Program-made: the position numbers and the translations under genes
Part shown: positions 1 to 12,781 of the stretch, one piece after another
How the letters are laid out: every line of letters begins with the position of its first letter
How positions within the stretch are numbered: position 1 is the first letter of the stretch
The notes under the pieces: generated by a model
What the model saw: the letters and a program-made list of their open reading frames with translations, nothing else
The model's database searches: none
Told to the model about the DNA's origin: nothing
NCBI GenBank assembly: GCA_001643675.2
Contig: LSRY02000043.1
Span: 805,232 to 869,231 of the forward strand
DNA from: Monocercomonoides exilis PA203
Lineage: Eukaryota; Protista; Preaxostyla
DNA length: 64,000 bases
Direction of reading: 5' to 3'

Positions 1-259
1 GACAGTTATTTTAAATAATTTAAAGAACAATTGCAAAATTTTTTTATTTTTTATTAAACTTTATTTTTTTGAAGAAATACAAAAATATTTTTAATTATTT
101 GAAAGAAAAGTGTGAATTGATTTTTTTTTGTGATTGTTAGAAAGATGGATATATTTAAAAAAGGAAATGTTTTATGAAATGAATATTCGGAGAAATAATG
201 TGTTTTTTCAGTCAAGTTTATGAACTTTGCTGAAACGATTTGAATATGTAATTGAACTA

Positions 260-1707
260 GGCATAATGATACAATATGGAATGAAAGGAAAATGAAAATA
301 AACCACACACGATGAAAACACATTATTTATAATTTGCATTTGTGCAAGAAATTCTGTGAGGAAACCTCTCATTGAAAAAATAAAATATTTAGAAAAATCT
401 ATTGATTTCACATATTTATGGGTTTTGATCAAAAAATATTTTAATGCAAATAATAGCGGAAAATGAGGATCTTGGTATTTCAAAGTAAAATAAGCTCTTT
501 TACAACGAGGATATGACGTGGAGCTGATTTTTGGAGAAAGTGTTACACAACAAAGTTCCGAAATGCAGATATCACAGAACACAAAAAAGATGTCACACTG
601 TTTTCCCCTATTACAGATACTGGAAATGTCCCAAATGCATTGAAAGAAAATAAGTTTATCATGGAACTTTATTTGCGAACATGAAAATTTACTTGGGCTC
701 AACTTTGTTGATTTGTTTGTATTATTGGGTGAAAATACCAATTAAAACAATTTCTTCTTTGCTCAAAATTTCTCAAAAGACTGTGGGTTTTTGGTGCAGT
801 GTTGAAAGAGTCTGTTGTGCAAAAGAATGGAATGACAAACAGCAAACAATTGGAGGTCTAGGAAAAACTGTTGAAATCGATGAAGCTGTCTGGCGGAAGA
901 GAAAATTTGGAAGAGGACGGAGAAAAGACCACGTTTGGATATTTGGAGGAGTGGAGCGTCTCGAAGGAGGAGGAGCTGGCAAAAGATTTATGACAATTGT
1001 ACCTAATAGAACCAAGAAAACATTAATTCCGTTGATTCAGCGTTTCATTATGCCCGGAACGACCGTTGTCTCAGACGAATGGAAGGCGTATACTTCGTTG
1101 GAGGAGCTGGGTTATCAACATTTAACGGTCTGTCACAAAAGAAACTTTGTTAATTCTGAAACTGGAGCATGTACGAACACAATAGAAGGATTGTGGTCCC
1201 ATTTGAGGTCATCTTTTCCGCGATTTGGTACCAGAAAGAAGTATATTTTGGATCATGTTGCAATGTTTCTAGCCAAAACCTCTCTCAAATTATCTTTTGA
1301 AGACCTTATGAATAAAATTGCAGAATACAAAGAAGAAGAAGAAAAAGAAGAAGAAAATGAAATGAAAGAAGATGAAGAAGAAGAAGTTGATGAAGAAGTG
1401 CCATTTTTTGAAGATATTATTCCCAACGAAGATGAATTGCTTGAAGATGATGATTAAGGAGCTGGAGACGGTGAAAGCGCTTTAGAATATACATCATAGA
1501 AGACGATTTTTCACATTTGCATTTCAAAATTTTCTTGATCATGAAAAAAAATAATAAAAAATTTGAAATTTTTAATTTTTTTTTATTTTTTCTCAAAACG
1601 CATTTCCGCACGTTTTTAACATGTCATATGTTCATTAAACAACATATGCAACGTTATCATTGATATATTTATTGAGTTTGAAAAATGCTATATTGTACTA
1701 TTATGCC
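260..1707 (+). mobile_element. Merlin/IS1595-family DNA transposon, degenerate copy (1,448 bp)
   Basis: The left end GGCATAATGATACAATATGGAAT (from 260) is an imperfect inverted repeat of the right end ATGCTATATTGTACTATTATGCC (to 1707). Flanks are TTGAACTA (252-259) and TTGACCTA (1708-1715), an 8-bp TSD with one mismatch. The element encloses an ISXO2-like transposase. Confidence 0.85.
495..1457 (+). pseudogene. ISXO2-like (IS1595/Merlin) DDE transposase with in-frame stops in its N-terminal region
   Basis: ORF 681-1457 has VEIDE, W-I-FGGVER, VVSDEWKAY, TVCH and TNTIEGLW motifs plus an acidic tail. The same frame upstream reads ...KCRYH...YWKCPKCIERK*VYHGTLFANM (a Zn ribbon) with one in-frame TAA and one TGA. 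Confidence 0.85.
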
Positions 1708-1873
1708 TTGACCTATTTTCTTTCGTAAGAAGTTTTCAGGAAATAATATAAATTAAAATAATTTTCAGTTTTTTTAATTAATCAATCAAAATTCAAAAAC
1801 AATATAAACATTACCATTTTATTTGGTGTTTTTTAATTTTTTTATAATTTTTGATAATTAATGATTGTTATGA

Positions 1874-3070
1874 TCATAAAGGTGGTATTAATAAAAACAT
1901 GTGGATGGAGGAAGGATTTGAGAGATAAAGCATTTTTGGAACAAAAACCGAAGAATTGAATTTGGTTTGTTTCTGACTCAGGTTATTAATTAAGATGCTT
2001 GTGGAATAGCTAGTTGTTGATGCATTTGGTGAATGGAAGTTTAAGTTGGAGCACAGCAACTGGAAGGGGAAGTGCGAAACAGAGTCATACGGTAAGGTGG
2101 AGTTACATCTCGTGAAGTGCACAGGAGTGACACTGAGGATGAGGAACAAGAGCTTTGTGTGGGAATACGTTGAAAGTGTGAATTAGTCAGTTGTGTTGGA
2201 TGCAGCGGAGATGGTGTATGAGCTTGTGGGAGTGAACGAAAAAAAATTTGGAAAACCGGAGATATGGAAAGGAGGAAGGATGGCTGTGGATTTTGAAGTT
2301 GAGGAATTATTTAGGAAGAACAATGGAGCAAGTTGAGTTGAAGAGGTTGTGTGTTTGTGTGGTGTGTGTGCATTGGAGAACGATTAATAGTGAGGTTTTT
2401 TTTGATAAAAAATTCAGCTCATTGAGTGCAGATATAGAGATGGATGCGATTCGGTCCTGTTTGAATGAGGTGAATTTATAGAAGAATATGAATGTTCGGG
2501 CAAGGAATATGCAGGAGGTGATAAATTGGGAGCGGAAATTCGTTTTGTGAGAGTTGCGGATGAATGAATATGAGGAGTTCTGAGGGAAAGAAGCTGGAGA
2601 ACTGGGTAAACTCGTTGAACATACGGATGCAGAAGCTGGTATATGAATAATGAAGGGAAGAGGAGAGCAAGCGAGAAAAAGAGAAGAAGAATAAGGAAGA
2701 GGGGTAGAGGATGAAGGAAGAGGAAGCATCTTTTGCGAAAAAGAAAGGAGATGAAAATTTTCTTTTCACATGTGTTTGTCTTGAAGAATTTATTTCTTTT
2801 GAAGAAGAAGATGATGATGATGAAGGCATTGAATAAAAAGAAGAAGTGGTAGAATAAAAACAAGAAAAGCGAAGAAATAATTTTCCGAGATAAAAAGAGG
2901 AAAAATATGAATTTCCATAGACAAAAATGTATGAATAGCTCTGTGCAACGAGTGGTGTTTAAGAGAAAGAATATTGGATAATGGACTTGCAGAACATGTT
3001 TTTGTTTAAATAACTTAAGTGGATAAATGTTTGCTCCGAACATTTTTAGTGTTCCTCTGTGATATGACAA
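1874..3070 (-). pseudogene. Highly degenerate coding remnant, possibly a hAT C-terminal (dimerization) region
   Basis: Frameshifted text HIPASASV / QRVYPVLQLL resembles the hAT motif IPASSAxxERxFS. There is no continuous ORF. Confidence 0.3.
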
Positions 3071-3544
3071 GTTATAAAAACTTTTGTCTGGAAAATAATA
3101 ATTATAATAATAATTAATTAATTAAATAAATAAAACTGAAACAAAATAATACAAATGAAATTGAAAACATGAAAAAACTATATCAAAAGCTTTGGACAAA
3201 TTTTATTGTTAGCATATGAAATATCTGTCTTTTTCACTTTTGTCAGTGACTATCACTTACGGTCAATGTCATATTTTGACAAAAAAAACCTCAACTGACA
3301 TTTCCTGTCAAAAAAATATATGCAAAGAACTTAATAATATTTATTAAAAATTCTGTTTTTTCAAAATAATAAGAATTGGTACATTTAGATTATCATATTT
3401 GTAATGATAGTTATTTTCGAATTATGAAAAAGTTATAAATAACGATTTTTGACAAATCAATAATAACTTATCAGTAATTTTGTCATTGTATCAATTTTCT
3501 TTTGTCACGTCACAAAGGCATATTTTTTTGAAGTGAAGAAAAAA

Positions 3545-5900
3545 ATATAATAATGCTTTGAAAAGAAAAGTGACTAAGTTGGAGAGGAGACACTAGATAC
3601 CCATCAAAAAAACTGAACCATATGCTTCTTGAGTAACTTTTGGAGTTAACCCAGATGTTGTGGAATCAAAGAGATGTAAACTTGTTGTAGAAATAATAGA
3701 AACGGATGAAATGCAAAAAAATGAAGATAAAGAAGAGGATGAATGCAGAGATGACAGTAATGAAGATACAAAAATAACATTGTCATCAAGATCATTATTT
3801 TCAAAAACATAGTCATCTGTTGTGAATTTAGACTTTATAAATGATGCGATTTCTCCAGATTTAAGTTTTCAAAACTCATCACCATTGGATGGTTTATCTG
3901 ATGAATTTTCTTTGACTGAATCGTAGTTCATGGTAAATGCTAATGAATCATTTCTCAATTTTTTTTTCGAAAAGATTAATGATTATAAAGGAGTATTTGA
4001 ATTTAAAGTATCATTTTCAAAAGAGTTTGAAAAAGGATTTTGAATAAAAATGTTCTTTTTCTTTAAGTTTTTTGAGCTCAAACGTATTATTCAATAGATT
4101 GATCGTCTGTATTCAGAACTGAATGTTGATGTTAAAAATTGCAAGGTTTGAAAATGATATGGGATGTTGCACATCTTGAAGATGAAATTTCTTTATATGT
4201 TCTGTTAAAATGTGATGCAATTTGATCTGTTTTGTTGATTCCAGCATTTTTGTCTGAAGTTTTTGAGGAACAATCAGCTTTATGAAAATCTTGAAAAACA
4301 GATAAATTATTAACAAAAGACTGAACAAATTTATTTCTGCGATATAACTGCATGTCAATTGGCAATAATGCAAATGAAAGAGAGAGTATTTCTCCTCTGG
4401 CTCCTTCCAAAAGGTAGTTGTTCTACTGAACCAAAATGTTAGTAATGGAATTATACCATTTTTCTTCAGAAAAGAGTGAATGTTGCAACAAACTGAAATA
4501 ATAGCGGAATGTTTTCAGAATTTGAGGAAAGGCTTGCCACAACTTTGTTGAATCATGTTCAAAGAATAAATGCAATTTGTACAAAGGATATAATAGTAAT
4601 TCAGTTTTGATAATATCGATAATACTAATTGCATCTAACATGTTGTTAACGTAAATGATATTGTATTTTTTCCGGATGAATTCACACAATAAATATAAAC
4701 TGTGCCATCGCGTCGAGACAAAGAAAGGAACGGACTTTCTAAGCAAAGATCTGTAGATTTTGCAATGGGACTTTTGAGAAAATTCCTGCAATTTCATTTT
4801 TAAATCATTCAAAAAAGGAACTTTAGTGAAAGATGTGGATATGACCAATTTGACAAGATGGTTGCAACAATAAATGAATTCTGGAGCAACAGGAAAACAT
4901 TTGGGTGATTATTTTTGAAAACAAATTTTTCCGTTCAAAAATTTCTGTTTGAAATTTTGCTTTGAATATTGATTAATGAACACAGAGAACAAAAATTTCT
5001 TTCAAAGATTATTATTTCTTGAATAAACTCTTTAACATTATTTTTGTTTTCAACTCACTCACTATTTTCTTATGAATGAATAATTCCTCTGAAAAGTTAT
5101 GAAACCTTTATTAAACAAACATTCCAAAAAAAGTTATGATTTCGATTATAATCACCCATTTATTATCAAATAACTTTTTGTTTGAGCATTCTTTGGAAAT
5201 TTGATGAATTGCTTTTAATTGAGGAGCGAATCCATCTGTGCAGTAACTTCTCACAAAAGAATTGAAAGTGGAGAATTCTTGAGACAAATGTTGAAGCAGG
5301 TTATAAAACTCCTCCGTTGAGAAACATTGCTCGTACAATCCCCAGAAGAAAGGTGAAGCCTTCAATGATATTGGGACAACTGTGTCAAAAGTGAAGTGCT
5401 TGTTTCCAACAAAAGCTCCATCAATCATTATGCTGAGACTTGTGTTAGAAATCCTTTTTTGTTTCACCTTTTCTGAAATGGTTTTCTCTTTGATAATCAT
5501 CTGGGATATTTTCCTTCTTGTCAAATATGGGAAAATATTTTTCGGTGAAACATTTGGATTCTCATGAACACATCTTTTTAATGACTCAACAAATTAGTTC
5601 ATTTTTTTCGATGAAGCTTTCATGAAAGAAATGTTGAATTAACAGACCATTGCAACAAACTGTTTTTCCAGATCTTGATTTATCAATTATAATTTGGTTT
5701 AAGCTGAAGTGTCAATAAATTGAAGTTTGCCATGAAAATGAAATTGTTTCAGTCATGCAGAAATATGTTGTATTTTCAACAGATCACATTTGAGGTCTGC
5801 TATTGTGACGTAATTTTTTCTCCCCATGACTCCACATGTAATGCAGTCTTAGCAATTTGGACATAAGAAATTTCGATTCCAATCCTTTTTTGGAGTTCCA
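3545..5900 (-). pseudogene. hAT-like transposase remnant interrupted by a MITE
   Basis: Ordered motifs IMIDG (D1), YCTDG (D2), YCCNH (CxxH) and STRWHSLY (RW motif) lie in ORFs 5111-5524 and 4423-4848 and the frame linking them. There are many stops and frameshifts elsewhere. Confidence 0.7.
4903..5157. mobile_element. MITE copy 1 (GGGTGATTA...TAATCACCC), TSD ATTT
   Basis: Terminal inverted repeats with ATTT at 4899-4902 and 5158-5161. Removing the element plus one ATTT restores the hAT frame (FDNK-CFPVAPEFIYCCNH). Confidence 0.85.
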
Positions 5901-6789
5901 CATTTTTTTAAATATCTTTTATTAATTAATTAATTTATTTATTTTTCATTTTTATTTTTATTTTATTTTATTTTTATTTATTTATTTATTTATTTGAATG
6001 TTAAACAAAAAGAAATTAAAAAAAAAATCATCCATTTGTGATAGACAAATTGTTGTACAGAGATTCGAGTGTAATTTTCTTCATGTATTCTTGCTTCAAA
6101 CGTGGATGCTTAAAGACTTAAATAAACATTTCAAAATAGAACTATCCTTTTTCTTGAAAATTTTCAAACCTTGTACTTATTTTGATTAACAAAGCTTTTC
6201 CAGTTGAATAAACTTGAAGCTACACTTCTTTTATTGTTCTTTATAGATGAATTGTAAATAGAATATTTCTATTTGAATAAATTCAACTTTCTTGCATGAA
6301 CTGAGTTTTTCTTGAATGAAGCTATGTTATTTTAAATGAGTGAAGTGACACTTGAATAAAGTGCGATACACTTTAATTAATAATTTATGAAAAAACTGTG
6401 AACACTTATTAAGATATTTTTACGTTATATCTATTTTTTATCAACAAAAAAAAAAAAAAAAAAAATTGAAAAACCATTAAAAATAGAGATTTTTCTGTAT
6501 TCTTAATCTATCTTTGATATGTGTTTAAAAAAGATTTTATTTAACAAAAAGAGAGAGAAATGAATGCAAATATCATTTTGTTATCATTATTCTATTCCAT
6601 TCCAACTTTTTTGGTTTTTCATTTGATCTCTGTGTAATTCAATATCAAAAACAAAAATTTGTTTCTTTCGATGTTCGCGTAGAATTCAACAACAAACAAA
6701 GCATATATTTCTGATGCGCTCAGTCGAGTTGACAAGTTGATGCAGCTTTCATCTTTTCCACTTTCTCTGTTGAATAAATATATTTCATT

Positions 6790-9640
6790 TTCATTTATAG
6801 AATTGTTTTAAAGGCCGCTCTTCATTTATCTTCTCTTCCTCTTTTTCTGTTCTCTCCTCCACTGCTCTTCTAACAATGTCACCATTGTCACCATTCCAAA
6901 TGCCTTTGGATCTTTTCTGATGTTGTCATTTTCAATCTCTTTCATATCTTCTGCTTCATTCTATGCTTTCCTCCAACGAACAGCAAATATTATTGAAACA
7001 ATGATAACAATCAAAAGAATTGCATCAAGCACAATCACAATCAACAACCAATAAGATTTTCCTTCTTTTCCACTTTCAACAAGTTTTTCATCTCCCTTTT
7101 GCTCAGATTCAGTTCTGTTTTTCAGGATGAATGACTCCGTTCATGAAAGAGAATCAATCTTTCCAAACAGAATCTTAACAGATATTTCTGTTTTCTCAGA
7201 TGCATTGAAACAATTGATGCTGGAATGGCTGCATGAATCTCTATTTCACCTGCAAACTCTTCTAACAGATGCGGATACACCTGGAGCTTGTGAATCATTC
7301 GATCGAATAAGTCAACCTGGAGAGCCAAGCCACAGGGCAGGAGCAAGGATCCAGTAAGATCAACGGCAAGGGTACTGCCTTGCAGGCGAGACTTCACTGA
7401 AGCCAGCTGTGGAATGAAAAGCACTGATTCTCTTTCTCAGGCCAAGCCTTCGAAGGTGTAATCATCGTCCGCAATTCACGTCGAAGTTCTGAAGAAAGCC
7501 ATCCCCACCTTTCAGACTCTGAATGTTCAGCAGTTCATTGTCTGAGCAGGTGATGTAGTTCCTTATGGATGGATAGCCTGCTGCATTTGGGCTGTTGTTG
7601 ACAGATAATCCAAATTGCGCGGAGATGCTTGTGCCTCACATAGACGGCCTTTCTTTCGATGAATTGGCAACACTCGTGTCTATTATTCTTCACGAGCAAT
7701 TCTGAAGATCAACCATTGATCCAATCCACTTGCACAGCTCTTCTGATCGATCATCACTCGCTCTCAACTCTGGTGCGCTTGTTGCTCCATCAAATGAACA
7801 TGAAGATAAGTTAACATCCGTCAAATCTGCAAACGCTGCAATGCTCCCTTTTTCAGGTGGTGTAGCACACTTTTAATTTGAGCAGTTCTTCAACTCCAGC
7901 AACAAAGACGAAGATGAAGCAGCCAAGCATCATACGTCAAGTGAACCTTGGGAAATGTTTAAGAGCGATCACTGCTTCAGCTGGAATGTCGACACATTTG
8001 ATGCCACACTCACTGCGCATCCTTCACTGAGCTTCGTGTTCGAAATGGCCAAGAAATTCACTCAACATTCGCATCTCCACATTCAACAGAAAGCAAAGAA
8101 TCAGACAGCACGGATATGGCATCGAATTCCGAATGACAGCATTGGATGTTTGAATTGCCTCCTGAACCATCTGAAGAAAGCACAATCACGTTTGATCCGC
8201 TCTTAGTGCCTTTCATATGAATGTTATGAAGTTGTGAATCTTTGTAATTGCGAAGGATGAGAGCGGATCGATCAAATATACACTTGAAAATAAGCATCTG
8301 CTGCATGGAGAGGTTTGCCAGATTACGGAAATCAAATAACTCTCCACAATTCACATCAGAAATGTTCAGGTCCATTAACAAACAATTTTGTCCACCTCTT
8401 GCTGCTACGCATGAAGAACTGAGACAAAGGGAAGCAAAAGTGCATTCGTTGATCAGCAGCCTCCCATTCTCCACGAGATTGATGGAGCAATTCAGTTTCA
8501 TTTCACAGTTTTTGCTCCAATCTTCTTGAGCAAATGCTGTATCTGCAATAGACAAGCTGCCATCAGCAAGTAATAACAAGCTGGAATGAGAAGAAGAAAA
8601 AGCGCTTCCAAACAAAAACGAAAGAGATTCCATTTTCACCCTCGAAGAGCACGAAACGAGACTGCTCCTCTTGCTTCTGATGATAAAGTTCAGCACAATA
8701 TTCCCTCTAACACCTTCCGGATTCAGAGACTTGATTGAGACATCGATAGCGCTTGCTTCTCCTGACACAATAGCGCTTTTGTCGATGAGCAAATTGCTGT
8801 AAACTGAAGGAATGATGTGAGGCAGCGCAACATTCAAGGAATAGCAGGGCGCACTTATAGCTCCGCATTGGAGTGAATCAGACGCTTCACCGGCTGATGA
8901 AGATGCAAATATCTTCTCGCTCTGATACACAACCACAAGCAGCAGCAGATTTTTCTCTTCCGCATAGTCGGGTGCTGTGCATCCCCACATTGCAAACTCT
9001 CGGACAAACGGTGCTCTGAAATCGAGCTCAAACAACTTGGCGCCTATTTAAGTTTTCACATTCGCGCATTTCACATACAGGTCTCGTCCTGGGAGCGCCT
9101 TGTTGCTCATGAAAGTTGTGTTTTCCAAGAGGAACGGCAAAGGACTGTCGCATGCGATTGATGAGCAATCCAGAAATATTGCTCCTCCTCTTACGGTCGC
9201 TGAGCAGAAGTATTCAAAGACAGCCAAAAAACGACATTTGAAAAATCCTTCTTTGTTCGATTTCGTGATCATTCCTTGACCGCTCTCGCTCTGGCTGCTT
9301 CCACAGTTCTTCATCGATGTGTTTTGCACAGACACGCTGCAAAGCTCGCTACCAATGTAGCTGATAAGGAAGTTTCAGAAGGAATGTTTTGGAGAAGCGA
9401 ATTGAGTGTGCAGCATTTGAGTTGTACTGTTAAACTATCGCCTTCATTTAATTTCTGTGACTCGTCTTGCAATTTGCCCTGCTCCAGCAGACACAATGCT
9501 TTTGCACATCGGTTCAATGAGGATGCTTTCTTCGGCTTGGATGAATTTGAATAATCAGCTCGATAATTTGCATGTTTCATACAGGCAGGAGATGATGCAA
9601 CAAGGAATGTCTGCTCGAGAAATGCAGACAAATAGCAAGA
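6790..9640 (-). pseudogene. Degenerate C-terminal fragment of a beta-helix/TM/kinase-like receptor family gene
   Basis: Motifs GGAIFL and NKALPGRDLYVKC; a TM segment WLLIVIVLDAILLIVIIVSIIFAVRWRK; and juxtamembrane IRKDPKAFGMVTM...EEQWRR, which matches the paralog at 59440-59680. It has stops and frameshifts and the kinase part is missing. Confidence 0.8.
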
Positions 9641-10184
9641 GAAAGACGATAAAACTTCGTTCAGTATTCAATGAAATTATAAAGACTGATTAGTTTTTTA
9701 ATCTTTTTCAAAAAATCTAATCAATTTCAAATATTAACCGATGATTTTCTCAAGTCCTTTAATGTTTTCGAATCAACTCAAGTTCAAAAGCAAGTTGTTT
9801 ATGTATGTATTGATGCAATCCATTTTATAATTCTGAATAATTTCAATTCACTTATTTTGCGCAAATAAAATGTTTCTTTTCATTTCATAATTCATGGAAT
9901 TCTTCTTTTCATCAATTTTTAAAACTGTTAAAACATGTCGATTACATAATTAGAAGGTGTAACAATCAACGGATGTAATGTAGATATATTTTAAATCGTT
10001 TGTTGGTGCAAAAAAATTTTTTTCAGTTAATAAATATTTTTATCCTTTCGATCTTTGAAAAAATTTTACGAAAACAACAAAAATCGTTATTAAAACAACA
10101 TTAACAATATACAAATAATATATGTATGTTTTTGCAATCAACAAATTTTGTAATTTAAATATTTGTTTTTTATCTTAATTTTCG

Positions 10185-10290
10185 AAACTCAAATGAACTC
10201 AGTCTATCTTTAATGAACTCGGCTTATTCAGATATACCTAATCTATTCGAATAAACATGAGTTCATTTGAATAAGCCTAGTTTATTTGAA
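10185..10290. repeat. Short degenerate ~19-20-bp tandem, partly palindromic repeat
   Basis: Units such as AATGAACTCAGTCTATCTTT, AATGAACTCGGCTTATTCAG, AATAAACATGAGTTCATTTG and AATAAGCCTAGTTTATTTG. Confidence 0.45.
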
Positions 10291-10775
10291 TTAAAAAACC
10301 AATTCAAAATTCATCTTATGAACCTTACAAGGTTATTTCTCCATGGGTCTTCCAATCCTTAATGAAAAGGCTTGAATATCAAAAAAAGTTAAAAAAAAAA
10401 AAAATAAACAATATGTTAGTTTCAAAAATATCTTCAAAAACTTTTACAAATGAACTTTTCGAATTATAAAAATTGGTTTCAATAATGTATCCTACAGGCA
10501 TATTCTTCATTTATGTTTCTGACTTTCAGTTGACAAATTTATTCTCAGTTGAACTGAACTGTCATGAACAATTTTGATTTATTTTTGACAGATGTATTTA
10601 ATTCAATTCCATATATGAGTGTTTTTATCATATATTTTTATTTTAATCTTATTCAATCATTCAAATTTTATCAAATTTTTTATTTTCTCCATTTTTAATG
10701 AAAGAATGCTGATCAAATTTCGAATATTTAGACAATATGGAAATAAAATTGGGTTTTTATCGATCAAAAAATTAG

Positions 10776-12156
10776 ATGGGAGGAGAAGGAAAGATAAAAG
10801 TGGAAAACATAAAGGTAATTATCGGAGAATTGAAACGATGTGAAAGTGAGAACAAAATTGAGCTGCTTCGGGGGTTGTTTTGCGCAGCAGTGGCCGACAG
10901 TTCTCTGGCAAAGGCAATTGTGGAAGAAAATGGTGTAAAGACAATTGCAATGCTGGCTGCAGAGTCGATGGACAACGAAGTGAAGGTGTGCAAAGAAGAT
11001 GTTGCTTTTGTCCGAAAGAAAACAAGTCACTTTTTGTTATTTTTTTGATGTTATTTTGAGGAGATTTGAGAAAGGAGCGTTGAAATTCTATTTGAGCCAT
11101 TTTATTTTGTTGATTTTATTTTTCATCTTTGTTTGCATTGATGTTTTTGGGGGGATTCAGAGACTCGGAACTGGGCTTGTGTGCCTGCTGGGGCTGACGG
11201 GATGTGAATGTCCTTCTGAAAGCAGCATGGCTCTGCTTGTGGAATCACTTTGTGTGATAGCTGAGGTATACTTTCTGTACGTGCGTTAAGATTCGGACTT
11301 TTCACTGTTTATTTGTTTCTTCCTTTCTTTTTCGCGAATTTTCTTTTGTTTTTGCTGTGCGCATTCGAATTGTCTGTCTCATGAATGTGCGGATCTGAAT
11401 GCTCTGGGATGGTTACAGACGGGTCCTGAAAAAGCATCAAAGGCAGCGCGAACACAGCTGCTTACGTTGGTTGCTCAGAATAAAGCAGCAAGCGAGGCAT
11501 TTGCTGGATCTTCGCTGTTTCGAAAGTTAGGAGCTGTTGTGGAAGGCGAAAAATGCATACGATTGGCAGAGGAGAAAGTTAAAGAAGAAGAGCAATGCTG
11601 GGCTGTGGATGTAGTGTTGCATATGTTGAACCACAATTTTGGTGGTGTTGCAATGAATGATGTGGTTGCAGCGGCAAGACACATTTTGACTCAAAAGGAA
11701 ATAGAACAAAAGGCTGGAGAAGGAAAGATATCTGCATTGGTTATAGCACGCTGCGCATCGTTGGTGACGATGTCTGACATGAAGAAGAAATATGAGGGTG
11801 GGAGCTTGATCGGAGCAATTGTTGATTCATCTTCTTCAAACAAAGAAAGAAAAGAAGATATAACAAAATGTCCTTTTTGCGGAGCATTTTGTCCTTCTCA
11901 TTTGTTAGATAAGCATAAGGGGGTTTGCAGGGAAAAAAAGAAATTCGTTATTTGCGACGCCGAACAAGGATTACAGCAGAGCATTGCGAGCAGAGAAAAT
12001 ATGAGAAAGGACCAATTGCTGAAAGAACGCAAAGCGGATAGAGTTGCTGTTATGCCACTTGGAGTTGATATTACAGGGCAGCATCAACGAACATGTGTAG
12101 GGGAAAGTTGGTTTCGTGAAATTCTTTCTCCACATGAAATGAATGTTGTTAGATGA
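10776..12156 (+). CDS. Multi-exon hypothetical protein (helical/ARM-like N-part, CPFC...H...C zinc-finger-like motif)
   Basis: Exons 10776-10985, 11161-11265 and 11419-~12100 join in frame across phase-0 GT...AG introns. The 3' end is uncertain. Confidence 0.65.
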
Positions 12157-12781
12157 CTTTCGCTGTGCAGTCTTTAAAGTCTTTGTTGTTGTTTAGATAG
12201 ATATTTTATTCGTTTATTTCTCTTTTTTTGAGTTGTATTTGCTTCGTTTGCTTCATTCTTTTCTTTTATTTTTTGTGAGAATGTTTGCAGAAAGTGACAA
12301 TTTGAAACGGAAAAAGATGTTCATTTTTTGAGCTTGTTATTTGTCTGGTTGCTTGCGTTGATTTGTGTTTGGCGCAAGAAGACACATTCAACCACGAATT
12401 TTGTTCGAGCCAACAAGCATTTATTCCTCTTAACCAATATGAATGATTAAAAAAAATCAAAGGCAAAACTGATTTTTTTCTTCTTTTTTTATCAAAACAA
12501 TTGCCAAACAATAAAATCCATTTATCCAAGCTTTCTCAACAAAAACATATCCCAAAACACAAATTCCCAGAAAATGAAATGGAATAAGCAACCCAAAATA
12601 ACCCGAAGGAGTCAAAGAAGGCAGAGGCACAAATGAAGTGATTATCTGCTTTGCCTCCACCTTATCTTCAGCATTTGCACCCAGCTCTTGTTGAGGCCAT
12701 TGTCAGAGTGTGAAAGTGAGTGTGAGTAAATGTGTGCGTGTCACAGTGTCTGTTTTCTGTTCCTGCAGAGGTGTGCAATCT

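Noticed and set aside
681-1457. Bacterial IS1595 or prokaryotic contamination
   Set aside because: The element is embedded among intron-containing eukaryotic genes, so it is better read as a eukaryotic Merlin.
10185-10290. CRISPR-like array
   Set aside because: The units are short, degenerate and contiguous with no unique spacers, and there are no cas genes.
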